DNA of 64,000 nucleotides from Phyllosticta citribraziliensis (Eukaryota): NCBI RefSeq assembly GCF_038025025.1, contig NW_027117340.1, positions 1,736,001 to 1,800,000 of the forward strand, read 5' to 3'. Shown piece by piece: positions 63,076 to 64,000 of this stretch (position 1 is its first letter; each line of letters starts with the position of its first letter). The notes under the pieces were generated by a model. It saw only the letters and a program-made list of their open reading frames with translations, ran no database searches and was not told where the DNA came from. The position numbers and the translations under genes were made by a program.

Positions 63076-64000
63076 GGTTATAACGGGAATGGGTCCATTG
63101 CACGGTTCAACGAAGTCGAAAGGTGACTAAAATGACGTTTGAGCGGCTCTTCCCCAGCGCTGATGGTCGGAGAGGTCAAACGGCCGCGCGAAGTGCTTGT
63201 GATGAGAGGTGTTGCGATTGGTGTTGAGTGGTGGTCGAAGTTGATGTCATCGGTCCCCATCCCGCGGGGAATCTCCCTTTTTGCTCATGGCGGGGCGATC
63301 TGCCTCGGTTCGGCCCAACTGCCTGTCTGACCTCTCCAAACAACAACCTCAGACTGCTACATTCACCCATCCTCAGTCTACGTACATAATTGGCACCATC
63401 AAGCCACGTCGAACCTCCGCTTGATTCCTGTTCGTTCTTCGTCCCCGGTCCATTACCTTGCTATCAGCGGCTGCGTTCGCCCCCGCGGGAAGGTTGGAAC
63501 AGCGGGGGAAGCATAAATATCGATTGGATATTGATACATCGAGCAGACACGACTTTCGCCGCAACACAAGCCTCAGCTTACACCCAATTTGAAAGACTTT
63601 ATATTTCTTCGGAAATCCCGAGACTGCGAATGTTTTCCGCCTCATCGAACCTTTTGACCTGAATGCGCAACAAACATTACCTTCGATACACCTGCAGTAT
63701 ATTATTCACTTGCGCCCAGGATGCAATCTTCAAGCTCAATGTTTGAGATGAGTACGTAGCTACTCCTTTAGAACAATAACATTGCGCCACATTTTCTCTA
63801 CAACATATCTCAAACTCTACGCGGCGCTAAGCTTCAACAAGCCAAAAACGTGCCTCGGCTCTGCTTGTAGCCTTGAGTTGGGAAGCACGGCCTCAGAATT
63901 GCATGCAAACGTGGAATTGAGGCTGATGGCAAAAGTCGTGGCACCCAAAATCCAGCTGGGGCTTATGGATACTCCTCAGTACTCTGGCGTACTGTAGCTT

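Overview
This is a gene-dense, intron-containing window from a filamentous ascomycete (Pezizomycotina). Short GT-AG introns with CTRAY branch sites indicate this; the species cannot be determined from the sequence. Recognisable conserved genes: a secreted histidine acid phosphatase/phytase, a GH16 glucanase, FAN1 nuclease, ERO1, ERG10 thiolase, SNU114, a hexose transporter, a peroxisomal FMO divergently paired with an allantoate-permease-type MFS, a MEX67-like protein, a DUF2406 protein, VMA21, FUN30/SMARCAD1, a dienelactone-hydrolase/SnoaL-like protein, calnexin, methylmalonate-semialdehyde dehydrogenase and a PCD1/NUDT7 Nudix hydrolase. Two features are not captured by the ORF track: a U1 snRNA gene (minus strand, about 3000-3176) and a 4-exon, 67-aa secreted peptide with 10 Cys and a 9-nt micro-exon (55027-55421). 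The best candidates for something undescribed are: (i) a secreted ~745-aa Kex2-site precursor with three cationic amphipathic Trp/Phe helices each followed by G-RKK/GSRRR, resembling a peptide-toxin or antimicrobial-peptide precursor (4995-7282); (ii) an orphan poly-Q protein built from three copies of an unrecognised ~48-aa domain (26912-27838); (iii) a MEX67 homologue lacking its NTF2-like and UBA domains, whose stop codon lies in a ~200-bp tandem duplication; and (iv) the Cys-rich peptide. All exon models are manual and no database searches were run.
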